A program made the translations under genes and the position numbers. Below the pieces are notes generated by a model. It saw only the letters and a list, made by a program, of their open reading frames with translations. It was not told where the DNA came from and did not search any database. A stretch of 64,000 nt of DNA from Oceanispirochaeta sp. GTDB taxonomy: Bacteria; Spirochaetota; Spirochaetia; DSM-2461. The stretch lies in the NCBI GenBank assembly GCA_963663385.2, contig CAXXXD010000001.1, positions 521,497 through 585,496 on the forward strand, in the 5' to 3' direction. Below, piece by piece: positions 28,299 through 37,866 of this stretch. Numbering within the stretch: the first letter of the stretch is position 1; each line of letters starts with the position of its first letter.

Positions 28299-29918
28299 TC
28301 ACTTTGACAGGAGCGAAGGGTTCAGGATCAGGATGGCTTCCAGAACGCCCCCTGCAATAGCCCGGGCTTTATCCGAAATAATTCTGCAGTAGGAATCGTC
28401 CCCTCTGGGGTCTACATCAGCAATCTTGAATCCTGTCGTAACGGGCGTTCCATCAGCAATCATCCCCCGGACAACTCCGTCCAGAGGACTGTAGACAGCC
28501 GTCTCTCCCGACCGGGCAATAAGATCGCCTTTTCTGACAAGACTGCCGATATCCTTAACAACTTCCATAATCCCGTCCGATGGAGCCCGCACAACCCTTT
28601 CCGCTGTAAATCCGGCTATATTGCCGGGAACTCCCGTGTTTGCTTCCGCCTGCCCTTCCCGTATAATTTTACCAAGGTTATGGCCCCGGTTTGTTTCAAT
28701 AACCGCATGAACATCCGTCCCTGCCGTAAAGCCCGGCCCCAGACCGATTACGACAGGAGCCATATCCATTCGGGTCCCTCCGCAATTACTTTTGGCTATT
28801 ATGGCATCTACAACAATTTCCGGTTTGAGTCGCTTAATCCATTCCCCGTCGGGATCCGGCAGAACAGGGATATTCCCTTTCTCCCATGCCGTATGGATAT
28901 CTTCTTCACTCAGAGCTTTTACCGCTTTTATATCTTCTACCGTATACTCTCCTTCAACCAGGGACTGGGCAAAGGCAACGGTCCGGCGGATAACGGTCGG
29001 TTTTTCCATATCAAGAGCCGCGACCCGGAAGCCGCAGCGGTGCAGTTTGCTGATGGTTCCTGTAGCCAGGTCTCCTGCTCCCCGTATAATAGCCAGAGGT
29101 GCCGTCCTGTTTTGATTACTGAGAGAAAGTGATTTCCCGGAGGTCCTGCTCTGCTGCTGCATAATTTCAGCCAGAATACTGAGGGAAATTTCCTCCGGAG
29201 TTTCTGTTCCTATGTCCAGACCGACAGGAGCATAGACCCTGTCCAGATCCTTATGAGTGAATCCCGCCTCAATCATTTTTTCAAAAAAGAGTTTAACCTT
29301 TTTTTTACTGCCCAGGAGTCCAATATACTCTGTGGAAGTTCCCAGGGCTTCCCTGAGCGCGCTGACATCGTGTTCGTGAGTAGCAATAAGCAGAGCTGTC
29401 TTATTGCTGATCCATTCTCTTTCAATGCCGGTTTTAAGCAGGCTCTCGGCACTGGTTCCCGTGATACGATCCAGGGCTCCCGGAAAGCGCTCTGCTGAAA
29501 CCATCTCCGGTCTGGTATCGGCTACCACATAGGGGTAACCGAGGTAGTCCGCCAGCCGGGATACAGCCAGGTTCACATGTCCGCCGCCGGTCAGGAAGAG
29601 GGAGGGCTTGGGCAGGAAAACCTCAATAAAAAACTCCATATCCCCGCCGCATACCATACCGATGCTCTTTTCGGATTTTCCGCTGTCCAGTTTATAGGAA
29701 ACAGAACGGGATTCCCCCTCTTTCAGGCATTCCACAGCTGAGCGGATCAGCATCTCTTCCGCTTTTCCACCGCCGATGGTACCGAAGCTTGTACGGTCCG
29801 GAAGGACAATCATTCTGCCCTGACTGCGGGGGGCAGAGCCCTTTGAAGATGTTATGGTAACCAGGGCAAACGCCTTATTGCTGTTTTCAAGGGCAGCGGC
29901 TTTTTCAAAGAGGGACAT
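28299..29918 (-). CDS. yqeB: YqeB, selenium-dependent molybdenum cofactor protein (XdhC domains + YqeB domain)
   Basis: GSAPR, GTIGGG, GMVCGG and APVGLDIG..TPEEI (XdhC), then IIRGAGDLATG, DAIIAK, GLGPGF, ETNRGHNLG and SDKARAIAGGVLEA; start at ATG 29918 behind ACAGGAG. Confidence 0.9.
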   Translation of the reverse strand: MSLFEKAAALENSNKAFALVTITSSKGSAPRSQGRMIVLPDRTSFGTIGGGKAEEMLIRSAVECLKEGESRSVSYKLDSGKSEKSIGMVCGGDMEFFIEVFLPKPSLFLTGGGHVNLAVSRLADYLGYPYVVADTRPEMVSAERFPGALDRITGTSAESLLKTGIEREWISNKTALLIATHEHDVSALREALGTSTEYIGLLGSKKKVKLFFEKMIEAGFTHKDLDRVYAPVGLDIGTETPEEISLSILAEIMQQQSRTSGKSLSLSNQNRTAPLAIIRGAGDLATGTISKLHRCGFRVAALDMEKPTVIRRTVAFAQSLVEGEYTVEDIKAVKALSEEDIHTAWEKGNIPVLPDPDGEWIKRLKPEIVVDAIIAKSNCGGTRMDMAPVVIGLGPGFTAGTDVHAVIETNRGHNLGKIIREGQAEANTGVPGNIAGFTAERVVRAPSDGIMEVVKDIGSLVRKGDLIARSGETAVYSPLDGVVRGMIADGTPVTTGFKIADVDPRGDDSYCRIISDKARAIAGGVLEAILILNPSLLSK

Positions 29919-30696
29919 GGCAACTCCTGTATTCACTGTGTTTTTCTATATAAGGATTTGTATAATCCGATAGTTTCGTTATCAGTACCGTATCAATTCC
30001 CGATTTCCGGTTTTGAACACTGCGGCAGAGATCCATTACCCGGGAAAGGAGGTCCGGATCATCCTTCAGGCAGTCGGATTTGTTCAGGACAAGTACCCGG
30101 CGGGATCCGGAGGGTGTTCCCTTGAAGAGCCCTTCGGGATGCCGGATTATTCTGACGAGATGGTCCGTCGAAACCGGGTCGCCTTCGTTCAGATCTATCC
30201 TCTCCCGTACCAGGGGAAAGCGGTGAATGGTTTGGGAGGATGCCCTCTGTCCCAGTATATCGAGCCCTATGACACCGATGGTTACGGATGTTTTCCGTGG
30301 TATCTGAGGCTCATGGTCAGCCGGCATTTTAAGGGCCCTTTCCGATGCGCCATCCGCCTCAATCAGGGTCAGAGGCCATCTTTCCCCCTGCCATTGGTCC
30401 AGTTCTCCGGGGAGGAACCCGCGAATCTTCTCTTTTACACCCGAAACCATAGATACGGCTATCAGGCAGGGGGAGTGTACGGTAAGAGATGGCCAGTCTG
30501 ACTGCGGCATTATCTGTATGGATCTGAAAGGGTGTTTCCCAATCCGGGGGTGACGCATCATTGTTGTAGTTGTAGAAAGGGTTTTTCCCAGGCGGCGTTC
30601 CTCCGCCAGGGCATAAAGAAGAGATGTTTTTCCTCCGGCTCCTACAATACTGCAAATATCACCGCTCTGTAACTGCAGTTCTTCTGTCAGGGACAT
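29905..30696 (-). CDS. yqeC: YqeC, selenium cofactor biosynthesis protein
   Basis: IVGAGGKTS, TTTT, LIEADGA...LK.PADHEP.IP, HR and GLFK...VLNK. Confidence 0.9.
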   Translation of the reverse strand: MSLTEELQLQSGDICSIVGAGGKTSLLYALAEERRLGKTLSTTTTMMRHPRIGKHPFRSIQIMPQSDWPSLTVHSPCLIAVSMVSGVKEKIRGFLPGELDQWQGERWPLTLIEADGASERALKMPADHEPQIPRKTSVTIGVIGLDILGQRASSQTIHRFPLVRERIDLNEGDPVSTDHLVRIIRHPEGLFKGTPSGSRRVLVLNKSDCLKDDPDLLSRVMDLCRSVQNRKSGIDTVLITKLSDYTNPYIEKHSEYRSCHVPL

Positions 30697-30773
30697 AGCA
30701 GTATTCTAAATCCATTGGTAATCCGGGGCAATCCCCATTCAAACCTGTCGGACCAATTTATTATTGGGTCGTT

Positions 30774-31328
30774 TTATGGTGAGTAGGGGATCGTAAGATC
30801 GAAAAGGAAGAGCGATGGAATTTCCTCCGGAAATTCCCGGCTTAAGCGGGAGAGACGGAGGTAGTACAGCTTTTCCTTTTCAAGTTCATCTTTCCGTTCC
30901 TGTCTTACCATCTCTGTATCAACATCTTCTCCTTTTCCGCAGCCCGGGCAATCCGGGTGAGGAGGGACGAAGCCGAATGAATCTTCTCCGCTCTCCAGAT
31001 CCAGTTCTCGGGTTATAGGAGCCAGATAGCAAACCAGCGGCTTATGATCAGGGTGAAGGGAACAGCGGCCCCGAAGGCCGTCCTCCTCGTTGAAATCGTT
31101 TATCAGGAAAGGACAGAAGGAAAAGGGATAGGTTTTAAAGAGAATCCTGGGCAGGGTGATGCCGTTCTGCCCCTGATCCCAGGTTATCAGTTTTCTTTCT
31201 AATAGTTCTTCCGTATGGGAGAGTTTGAGATAACGTCCCATCTTGTAGAGATCATAGGGGTTCAGAAAAACTTTCATGCTGCCGCTGCAGCACTCCCCGC
31301 AGAGGGTGCAGGTAAACTTATTGTCCAT
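30774..31328 (-). CDS. YkgJ family cysteine-cluster protein
   Basis: CTLCGECC, CPFL, CSLH..KPLVC and CPGCG. Confidence 0.85.
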   Translation of the reverse strand: MDNKFTCTLCGECCSGSMKVFLNPYDLYKMGRYLKLSHTEELLERKLITWDQGQNGITLPRILFKTYPFSFCPFLINDFNEEDGLRGRCSLHPDHKPLVCYLAPITRELDLESGEDSFGFVPPHPDCPGCGKGEDVDTEMVRQERKDELEKEKLYYLRLSRLSREFPEEIPSLFLFDLTIPYSP

Positions 31329-31332
31329 ATTT

Positions 31333-32118
31333 TCAGGGCCTCGGACAGATTGCCAGGCTGTAAAAATTGCCTTTGCTGTCAATCCAGCGTGAGAGAATAT
31401 AGGCCTGTTGTATGGAGCCGGCAGCCTTTTCTACAACGCTTGACTGACCGGTGGATCCATAATTACTCTGCCAGTCGCTCTGGGTGGCATTAAACTGCCC
31501 CTTTCTCTGTTCCAGCAGGGTTGCCAGGGCGTTCTTGTCCGCCTGCTGCAGGGTCCGTTCAAGAAAACGCTTTTTTCCGGTAAATCCGACGGCTGTCTGA
31601 TACCCCGGTATTTCTATGGACTGGCTGATCCAGTCCGGTTCAGAGTGTTGACCCGCCGGTTTATAAGAGAGTTTAAACAGCCTATCTGAAGATACTGAGA
31701 AAAGAGCTGCTGTACCTTCTTCGGTTTCTATTTCCTTTACAAGTTCCAGGTTCTCCGCCAGTCTTTCGGCCAGGTCATCATTAAAAGCAATACCGCTTGC
31801 TTCTGTTACGATTGTTCCTCTGGTATTTTCACTGGTCTTGCTGTAGGTCGCGCCGTTTATCTGATGAAACCGGGAGTACTGCCGGGCTGCTTCCATTCGG
31901 CAGCTTTCAATCTCCCTGTCCCTGTACTGTTCCCTTGTAACGGCTGTAAAAAAGAAAAGCTTCCCCTCCGAAGGTGAAAGATCAAACATAAGGGAGGAGA
32001 TTTCTTCCATCTGTTCCTCTGCAGAAGAGGGGGATACAGGCTCTTTCTTCGCTGTAGTCTGGCAGGAGACAGACAACAGCAATATAAAAACCGCACCAAG
32101 GCAAAAAGGGTATTTCAT
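31333..32118 (-). CDS. Lipoprotein (LPP20-like), unknown function
   Basis: Signal peptide with lipobox LLSVSC; PDWI..AVG...QQA..NA motif. Confidence 0.65.
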   Translation of the reverse strand: MKYPFCLGAVFILLLSVSCQTTAKKEPVSPSSAEEQMEEISSLMFDLSPSEGKLFFFTAVTREQYRDREIESCRMEAARQYSRFHQINGATYSKTSENTRGTIVTEASGIAFNDDLAERLAENLELVKEIETEEGTAALFSVSSDRLFKLSYKPAGQHSEPDWISQSIEIPGYQTAVGFTGKKRFLERTLQQADKNALATLLEQRKGQFNATQSDWQSNYGSTGQSSVVEKAAGSIQQAYILSRWIDSKGNFYSLAICPRP

Positions 32119-32178
32119 AAAATAACACTCCTATGCAGTGAGTATTATGAAATTTTCTGGAATTTGCAACTATTCAGC

Positions 32179-33309
32179 CTATTCCGGACCGTAGGAGTGG
32201 TAGAGTTTATCCAGAGGGTTCTTCTCCAGAATTTCAGAGTAATCGTCCAGCCAGTAGGCATTGGAATTCCGTTTCAGAATCAGGAAACTGCCGCTATCCG
32301 CGTCATCGGCTGCCCTGTGATACTTCATGTAGATCTTCTCTTCATCAATTCCGACAACTTCAATCTTTCCCGTCATATGGGACATGACAAAGCGGGCTCT
32401 TTTGCCCAGACCGGAAACCCTGGTTCTTGCCAGCTCGAATATTTCATAACCCCTTTCGATAGGAACGGCATAGTCCGAATTCCCTGATGCCGGGCGGCAC
32501 TGAAAAATATAGTAGGGGGGGACTCCCTGAAAAGAGAGCTCTCTGAACAGGTCACCCAGGGCTTCCTCAGAATCGTTGACCCCCTTGATAATAGGTGTCT
32601 GATTAGCCAGTTCCGCGCCGGTCTGTCTCAGGAGACGGATGGCATCCTTTGCCTGGGGAGTCAGTTCCCTTATATGATTGAAGTGGGTCATAATATAAAT
32701 CTGCTTCCCCTTTTCCACAATTTCTCTGAGGAGAGATAAAAGCTCTCTGTCTTCCAGGATCCTGAAAGGATCAAATGCGGGAATTTTTGATCCAATCCTG
32801 ATTATACGTACATGTTTAATCGGGAGGAGTGCTTCCAGGTAAACCCTCAGCTTATGGGTGCTGAGAACAAGGGGGTCTCCGCCGGTCAGCAGGACATTTG
32901 TAATCTCCTTATGGTTCTCAATATACTCCACCGCGCCGTCAATATCTCTGAGAACGGCATCGTTTCCTTTCATAAAGACCCTTTTCCGGAAGCAGTAGCG
33001 GCAGATCCCTCCGCAGACATTGCTGATCAGCATTAATGCGGTTGAGTTGTATTTGTGTTCCAGGCCGGGAAGGATTGTAAAGTTCTTTTCTTCTGAGGGG
33101 TCGAGTTTTCCCCACTCATTCAGTTCCTTGATTGAGGGAATAATCAATCGGCGGATGGGATCATCCGGATCATCCCAATTAATAAGAGAGTTGTAGTAAC
33201 TGTTTGTTCTGAACTGGTAAGTCTCAGATACTTTTTTTATTTCCTCCACAACGGAGGTGGGGGTATTTTCCGGAAGATGATCCGGGTTATTGATGAATTT
33301 TATATTCAC
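32179..33309 (-). CDS. KamA-family radical SAM protein
   Basis: GLEHKY, CGGICRYCFRK, VLLTGGDPL, THFNH, NQTP..KGVND and PPYYIFQC; GTG start at 33309 behind ACAGGAG. Confidence 0.9.
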   Translation of the reverse strand: MNIKFINNPDHLPENTPTSVVEEIKKVSETYQFRTNSYYNSLINWDDPDDPIRRLIIPSIKELNEWGKLDPSEEKNFTILPGLEHKYNSTALMLISNVCGGICRYCFRKRVFMKGNDAVLRDIDGAVEYIENHKEITNVLLTGGDPLVLSTHKLRVYLEALLPIKHVRIIRIGSKIPAFDPFRILEDRELLSLLREIVEKGKQIYIMTHFNHIRELTPQAKDAIRLLRQTGAELANQTPIIKGVNDSEEALGDLFRELSFQGVPPYYIFQCRPASGNSDYAVPIERGYEIFELARTRVSGLGKRARFVMSHMTGKIEVVGIDEEKIYMKYHRAADDADSGSFLILKRNSNAYWLDDYSEILEKNPLDKLYHSYGPE

Positions 33310-33475
33310 GAGAGACTCCTGTGTTTTGAATTGGAAGCTATCCATTATATCACAGAAGTATCCGGTTTCACTGAAAAATCTGCTGTATGCTATCGCAAAA
33401 GAGGGATCAAAAGGGTTATATTTGGTATTCTTAAGTAAGAAGAACGTAATATCAGGGGATGCAGGAGGTCTTCCT

Positions 33476-33682
33476 ATGGAGAAAAACTGGAGATGCCCGA
33501 AGTGCGGCAATACAAGTTATGAAACAGATCAGTTTGCGGCTACAGGCGGCGGCTTTTCCAAGGTTTTTGATGTGCAGAACAAGAAATTTACTACAGTAAC
33601 GTGCTCCCGCTGCCGGTTTACCGAATTGTATAAGGCGGAAACCAGCGCTCTGGGAAATATTTTCGATTTTTTTACCAACTGA
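33476..33682 (+). CDS. Small zinc-ribbon protein (DUF2082-like)
   Basis: CPKCG...ATGGGFSKVFDVQNKKF..VTC..C.FTELY; GGAGG RBS. Confidence 0.8.
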   Translation: MEKNWRCPKCGNTSYETDQFAATGGGFSKVFDVQNKKFTTVTCSRCRFTELYKAETSALGNIFDFFTN

Positions 33683-34009
33683 TTATTCGGTTTCGGCTGC
33701 CGGATCTTCTTTCCTGTTGCGGGCGGCGTAATGAAGGAACTCCCGATACTCTTTTTCGGCCATATTTACGGCATCGTTTCTCAGGTCTTCAAAGTTTTCT
33801 CTGAACCCTCTATCCGCCGAAGGGGATTTTACGGGCATGAACAGGGCTGCCAGGATATAGGCTGCCAGAACATACCAGCCCCGGAACAGGACTGCTGCCA
33901 GAATAAGGATTATTCTGGTGTATCTGGCAGGAAACCCTGTCGATTCTTCAACCCCTTTACAGACACCGAATACCTGTCCGTCTCTTGATCTGTATACTTT
34001 CATGATCAT
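33683..34009 (-). CDS. PspC domain protein
   Basis: VYRSRDGQVFGVCKG...RII...AYI.AALFMP. Confidence 0.8.
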   Translation of the reverse strand: MIMKVYRSRDGQVFGVCKGVEESTGFPARYTRIILILAAVLFRGWYVLAAYILAALFMPVKSPSADRGFRENFEDLRNDAVNMAEKEYREFLHYAARNRKEDPAAETE

Positions 34010-34207
34010 CCTCTCTTTTATTATGATATCCATATACATTATTGCAATTTATATGCCATTTGAAATTATCAGGTTTACGGGGGGCTTTACAGGTAATATA
34101 GACCCTTTTCCGGTATAAAATACCTGAGGGGAGGCAAGCAAAAAGGGCATGAATATGTTATTCTCCTGTCATGATTTTAACAGATTCTCTATTATCGGGA
34201 AATCTTT

Positions 34208-35443
34208 ATGGGTAAAGACAAATTTGACTTGATAATAATAGGAGCAGGGCCTGCCGGTTTGTTTGCGGCATTAACAGCGGCCTCCGCCGGTATGCATGTG
34301 GCCGTTCTGGAAAAAAACGCCCAGCCCGGCAAGAAGCTCCTGGTTTCCGGTTCGGGGCAATGTAATGTTACCCATACCGGCGAAGTCCGTGACCTCCCTC
34401 TGCTTTTCGGTAAGGCTAAACGCTTTGTTCAGCCTTCCTTTCTGAACTACAGCAACGAACAGCTGGTCCGTTTTTTTTCGGACAGGGGAGTTCCCCTTGA
34501 AGACCGGGGGGATGGCAAAATCTTTCCTGTGTCCAGACGCAGCCGGGATATTCTGGAGGCTCTATTGAAGGAGTGCCATCTGCATAAGGTGCGTTTTCTC
34601 TATAAATCCCCAGTATCGGCTGTAAAAAAATCCGGAGAATCTTTTCTTGTGACGGCGGATCGGCAGTATTCCTCGGATCTGCTTCTGATTGCCTGCGGAG
34701 GGAAATCCTATCCGTCTACAGGTTCCGCAGGAGACGGATATCATCTGGCAGAATCCCTGGGGCATACAATTGTATCACCCGTTCCGGCGTTGACTCCGGT
34801 CTTCCTTCAGGATAATCCTTTTGTCAGTTGTTCGGGTATCTCCTTTTGCTCCACTGTGCAGGTGTTCCGGGAGAAGAAAAAGAAAGGAGAGTTTGAAGGA
34901 GACCTTCTGCTGACCCACAAAGGATTGTCCGGGCCGGTAATTCTGAATAACAGCAGGGATATTTGTCCGGGAGACAGTCTGAAGATCCGGATTATAGACA
35001 GGCAGAACCGGATGGATTTTCAGGAGGAACTGCTGCAAAGTGCAGCTGCATCCGGGAAAAAATCCTTAAGACGTTATCTGAATGCTTCTGGTATACCGGA
35101 GCGGCTTGTTGATGTCCTGCTGAAAAGCTGCGGTATCCGGGAGGACACGGTTCTGTCTCAATTGAGTCGCAAGGGGCGGATGCAACTGCTGGATTGCCTT
35201 TACAGTTTTCCTGTTAAGGTTCAGGGGATGGGCGGATTCAGCATTGCCATGGTGACCGCCGGGGGGGTCTCTCTGGATGAAGTCGCTCCCAAAAGCATGG
35301 AGTCAAAAACTGTGAGAGGTCTTTTTTTTGCAGGAGAGGTCCTGGATGCGGATGGCGATACGGGGGGATACAATCTGCAGTTCGCCTTCTCTTCCGGAAA
35401 ACTGGCTGCGGATAATATTGTGAAAAGCTGGAAGAAGAAGTGA
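34208..35443 (+). CDS. HI0933/YhiN-family flavoprotein
   Basis: IIGAGPAGL, GKKLLVSGSGQCNVT, GGKSYP.TGS.GDG, TH.GLSGP, VTAGGV and GGYNLQ.AFSSG. Confidence 0.92.
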   Translation: MGKDKFDLIIIGAGPAGLFAALTAASAGMHVAVLEKNAQPGKKLLVSGSGQCNVTHTGEVRDLPLLFGKAKRFVQPSFLNYSNEQLVRFFSDRGVPLEDRGDGKIFPVSRRSRDILEALLKECHLHKVRFLYKSPVSAVKKSGESFLVTADRQYSSDLLLIACGGKSYPSTGSAGDGYHLAESLGHTIVSPVPALTPVFLQDNPFVSCSGISFCSTVQVFREKKKKGEFEGDLLLTHKGLSGPVILNNSRDICPGDSLKIRIIDRQNRMDFQEELLQSAAASGKKSLRRYLNASGIPERLVDVLLKSCGIREDTVLSQLSRKGRMQLLDCLYSFPVKVQGMGGFSIAMVTAGGVSLDEVAPKSMESKTVRGLFFAGEVLDADGDTGGYNLQFAFSSGKLAADNIVKSWKKK

Positions 35444-35457
35444 GAAGGCGTTTACGA

Positions 35458-35492
35458 CTGCACCCCTCCTGAGGAGGGGTTGGGGGAGGTCT
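35458..35492 (-). repeat. Half copy of REP-like family A at the pyk stop codon
   Basis: Minus strand AGACCTCCCCCAACCCCTCCTCAGGAGGGGTGCAG matches the left hairpin of the 25524 and 53806 copies; lies between convergent genes. Confidence 0.8.
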
Positions 35493-36954
35493 ACTCTCTT
35501 CCTCCCAGGAACTGTGACGCCTCGCCTACTTCCAGGAAGTTTGTTACATAGGCATGTTTGGGTGACGAACCCACCATCATGACCAGATCGGTATCTCTGA
35601 TAACATCTGCATCCAGAAGGGTTTTAATGGATTCGCTTACCATCTCATCAAGGGTTTCCTGACTCTTCAGAATATAGGCATCCACACCGAAGCTCAGGGA
35701 CAGCTGACGGACAACCGTCGGATCGGGAGACAGGGCCATTACGGGAATTTTGCCTCTGAAGGCCGAGAGCAGTCTGGCTGACCGGCCGGTATCGGTCTGA
35801 ATTATAATGGCCTGGGTCTTAAGGATCTTTGCTGTGTTGACAGCCGATTTGATCAGCTGAAAACGGACCGGATGCATCTCTACAAGCTTGCTCTCCTTCA
35901 GGTTGGGTTTCATCTGATCTTCCATTTTCCGGGCAATGGCAGCCATGGTCTGAACCGATTCCAGTGGGTAGTCCCCGTAGGCTGTCTCTCCCGAAAGCAT
36001 GACCGCATCGGTCCCGTCCATTACCGCATTGGCCACATCGCTGACCTCCGCTCTGGTCGGTCTGGGGTTCTTAATCATACTGTGCAGCATCTGAGTGGCT
36101 GTAATAACAACTTTCCGTCTCTTCACACACTTGCGGATCATCTTTTTCTGGGCAATGGGTACATCCTCGGCAGGCAGTTCTATTCCAAGGTCCCCTCTGG
36201 CAACCATTACGCCGTGGCAGTGATCCAGGATTTCATCCAGGTTGTTGATCCCCTCATTGTTTTCAATTTTCGCTATGATTTTAATCGGGCTGTTATATTT
36301 GTCCAGAATCTTCTGAACCGCTATAACATCTTCCTTGTTCCGGACAAAGGAGTGGGCAATAAAATCCAGCCCCTTCTTTGCGGCAAAGTGTATAAACTCT
36401 TCATCTTTCTCTGTCAGAGGCGGGAGGGGTATGGGAATCCGGGGAACGTTGACACTTTTCTTATTGGCAATTTTCCCGTCGTTATTAACAATGCAGCGCA
36501 GTGAATCATCCTTACGGTCGATGATAACCATGGAGAGTTCTCCGTCGTCAATGAGAACTTCCGTTCCCCTTTTCATTTCTGAACAGAAACGGTTATAGCT
36601 GACCGAAAAATGTTTCCCTTTACAGTCGCTGCCTGGAGGAACAATAAAAACTTCCTCTCCCTCTTTGACCGGGAGGGGTTCTTCAATATTGATCGTTCTG
36701 ATTTCAGGTCCTTTCGTATCGATTAAAATGGCGGCTTTTTCGGAGACTTCTCTTATTCTCTCAATTATCAGAGAGGATTCATCCGGTGTCTGATGCGCCG
36801 TGTTCAGACGGAATGTCCCGGCTCCGGCATTGAATAAGTTTCGGATGAATTCGGTATCATTGTGCACTCCGATTGTTGCGACAATTTTGGTTCTCGGTTT
36901 TTTCAAACTAATTTCCTTTATCTGCCGTCCCTCTGACGGTAAAATTTTTCCCAC
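35491..36954 (-). CDS. pyk: Pyruvate kinase
   Basis: RTKIVATIG, DTKGPEIRT, IIAKIEN, MVARGDLG.E, TATQML.SM..NPRPTRAE and DAVMLSGETA.G. Confidence 0.97.
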   Translation of the reverse strand: MGKILPSEGRQIKEISLKKPRTKIVATIGVHNDTEFIRNLFNAGAGTFRLNTAHQTPDESSLIIERIREVSEKAAILIDTKGPEIRTINIEEPLPVKEGEEVFIVPPGSDCKGKHFSVSYNRFCSEMKRGTEVLIDDGELSMVIIDRKDDSLRCIVNNDGKIANKKSVNVPRIPIPLPPLTEKDEEFIHFAAKKGLDFIAHSFVRNKEDVIAVQKILDKYNSPIKIIAKIENNEGINNLDEILDHCHGVMVARGDLGIELPAEDVPIAQKKMIRKCVKRRKVVITATQMLHSMIKNPRPTRAEVSDVANAVMDGTDAVMLSGETAYGDYPLESVQTMAAIARKMEDQMKPNLKESKLVEMHPVRFQLIKSAVNTAKILKTQAIIIQTDTGRSARLLSAFRGKIPVMALSPDPTVVRQLSLSFGVDAYILKSQETLDEMVSESIKTLLDADVIRDTDLVMMVGSSPKHAYVTNFLEVGEASQFLGGRE

Positions 36955-37138
36955 AGGATAGATAATTTCTGCAGGAATGGATAGGTAGAAATCCTATATA
37001 TCCTAAAATCCATTCTCTTACAGCTTTTAATTATAGGACCCTATCCCGCAGAGTTCCTCAATAATAGTATATTTTCTGATTAAATCATATTTTCAGCTCT
37101 TCCGCTGAAATTGTAAGAGCGCAGACAAGGGTTAAGGG

Positions 37139-37852
37139 CTAGAAAGTACAGCTGTTCAATTCTTTTTTAAGATGCCGCCAGACCGGCAGATGCCGGTCCA
37201 TCAGCTTTCTGAAACGAGGCCCGTGATTTCCTTCCAGAAGGTGAACCATCTCGTGTACAACCACATATTCCAGGCAGGAGTCGGATACCATGGCCAGATC
37301 CAGATTCAGCCAAATCCTTTTTTTTAAGGTGTGGCAGCTTCCCCATCTGGTTTTCATTTTTCTGATATTCCAGAAGGAGGGCGATTCTCCGATTTCTCCG
37401 GACCAGCGGCAGATAAGAGGAGCCGTTCTGGTCTTCAGGTCCTGCCGCATCCACTCCTTCAGCAGGGCTTCTCTTTTTGAGGAATCGTACTCCTTTTGGA
37501 CGGGCAGGAAGATTGTATCACCGCTAATATAAACAGATTTACTGTTGCTGCTGGTTTCCAGTTGCAGGGTATAAGTGTTTCCTCTGAACTTTATTTCCTC
37601 ACCCGAAACATAAAATCGGGGGATTTCAGGTCTTCGGGTTCTGATCCGTTCCGCATGTTTTCGGATCCACTCCAGTCTGGATAGGACAAAACGCCGGACT
37701 TCCTGTTCGTTCAAATAGTTAGGAGCCGAAATTCTGACCTCTCCCGCAGGGGGCCGGACAGTCAGGCGAAGGTTTTTGATTTCTTTGAATGTTACCTGAA
37801 TAGGGAACTCTCCGACTTGCAGGGTGATGATCCTGTTCCGTTTTTTTTTCAT
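37139..37852 (-). CDS. YgjP/DUF45 family zinc-dependent hydrolase
   Basis: MKTRWGSC and YVVVHEMVHLLE.NH...F. Confidence 0.9.
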   Translation of the reverse strand: MKKKRNRIITLQVGEFPIQVTFKEIKNLRLTVRPPAGEVRISAPNYLNEQEVRRFVLSRLEWIRKHAERIRTRRPEIPRFYVSGEEIKFRGNTYTLQLETSSNSKSVYISGDTIFLPVQKEYDSSKREALLKEWMRQDLKTRTAPLICRWSGEIGESPSFWNIRKMKTRWGSCHTLKKRIWLNLDLAMVSDSCLEYVVVHEMVHLLEGNHGPRFRKLMDRHLPVWRHLKKELNSCTF

Positions 37853-37866
37853 TTATGCAGATTGTA

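Noticed and set aside
28299..29918. XdhC-YqeB fusion as a novelty
   Set aside because: The same architecture is standard for YqeB of E. coli type.
33310..33510. Long N-terminal extensions of the KamA ORF and of the opposite zinc-ribbon ORF (33290 start)
   Set aside because: They overlap each other across a divergent promoter region, and better RBS-backed starts exist at 33309 and 33476.
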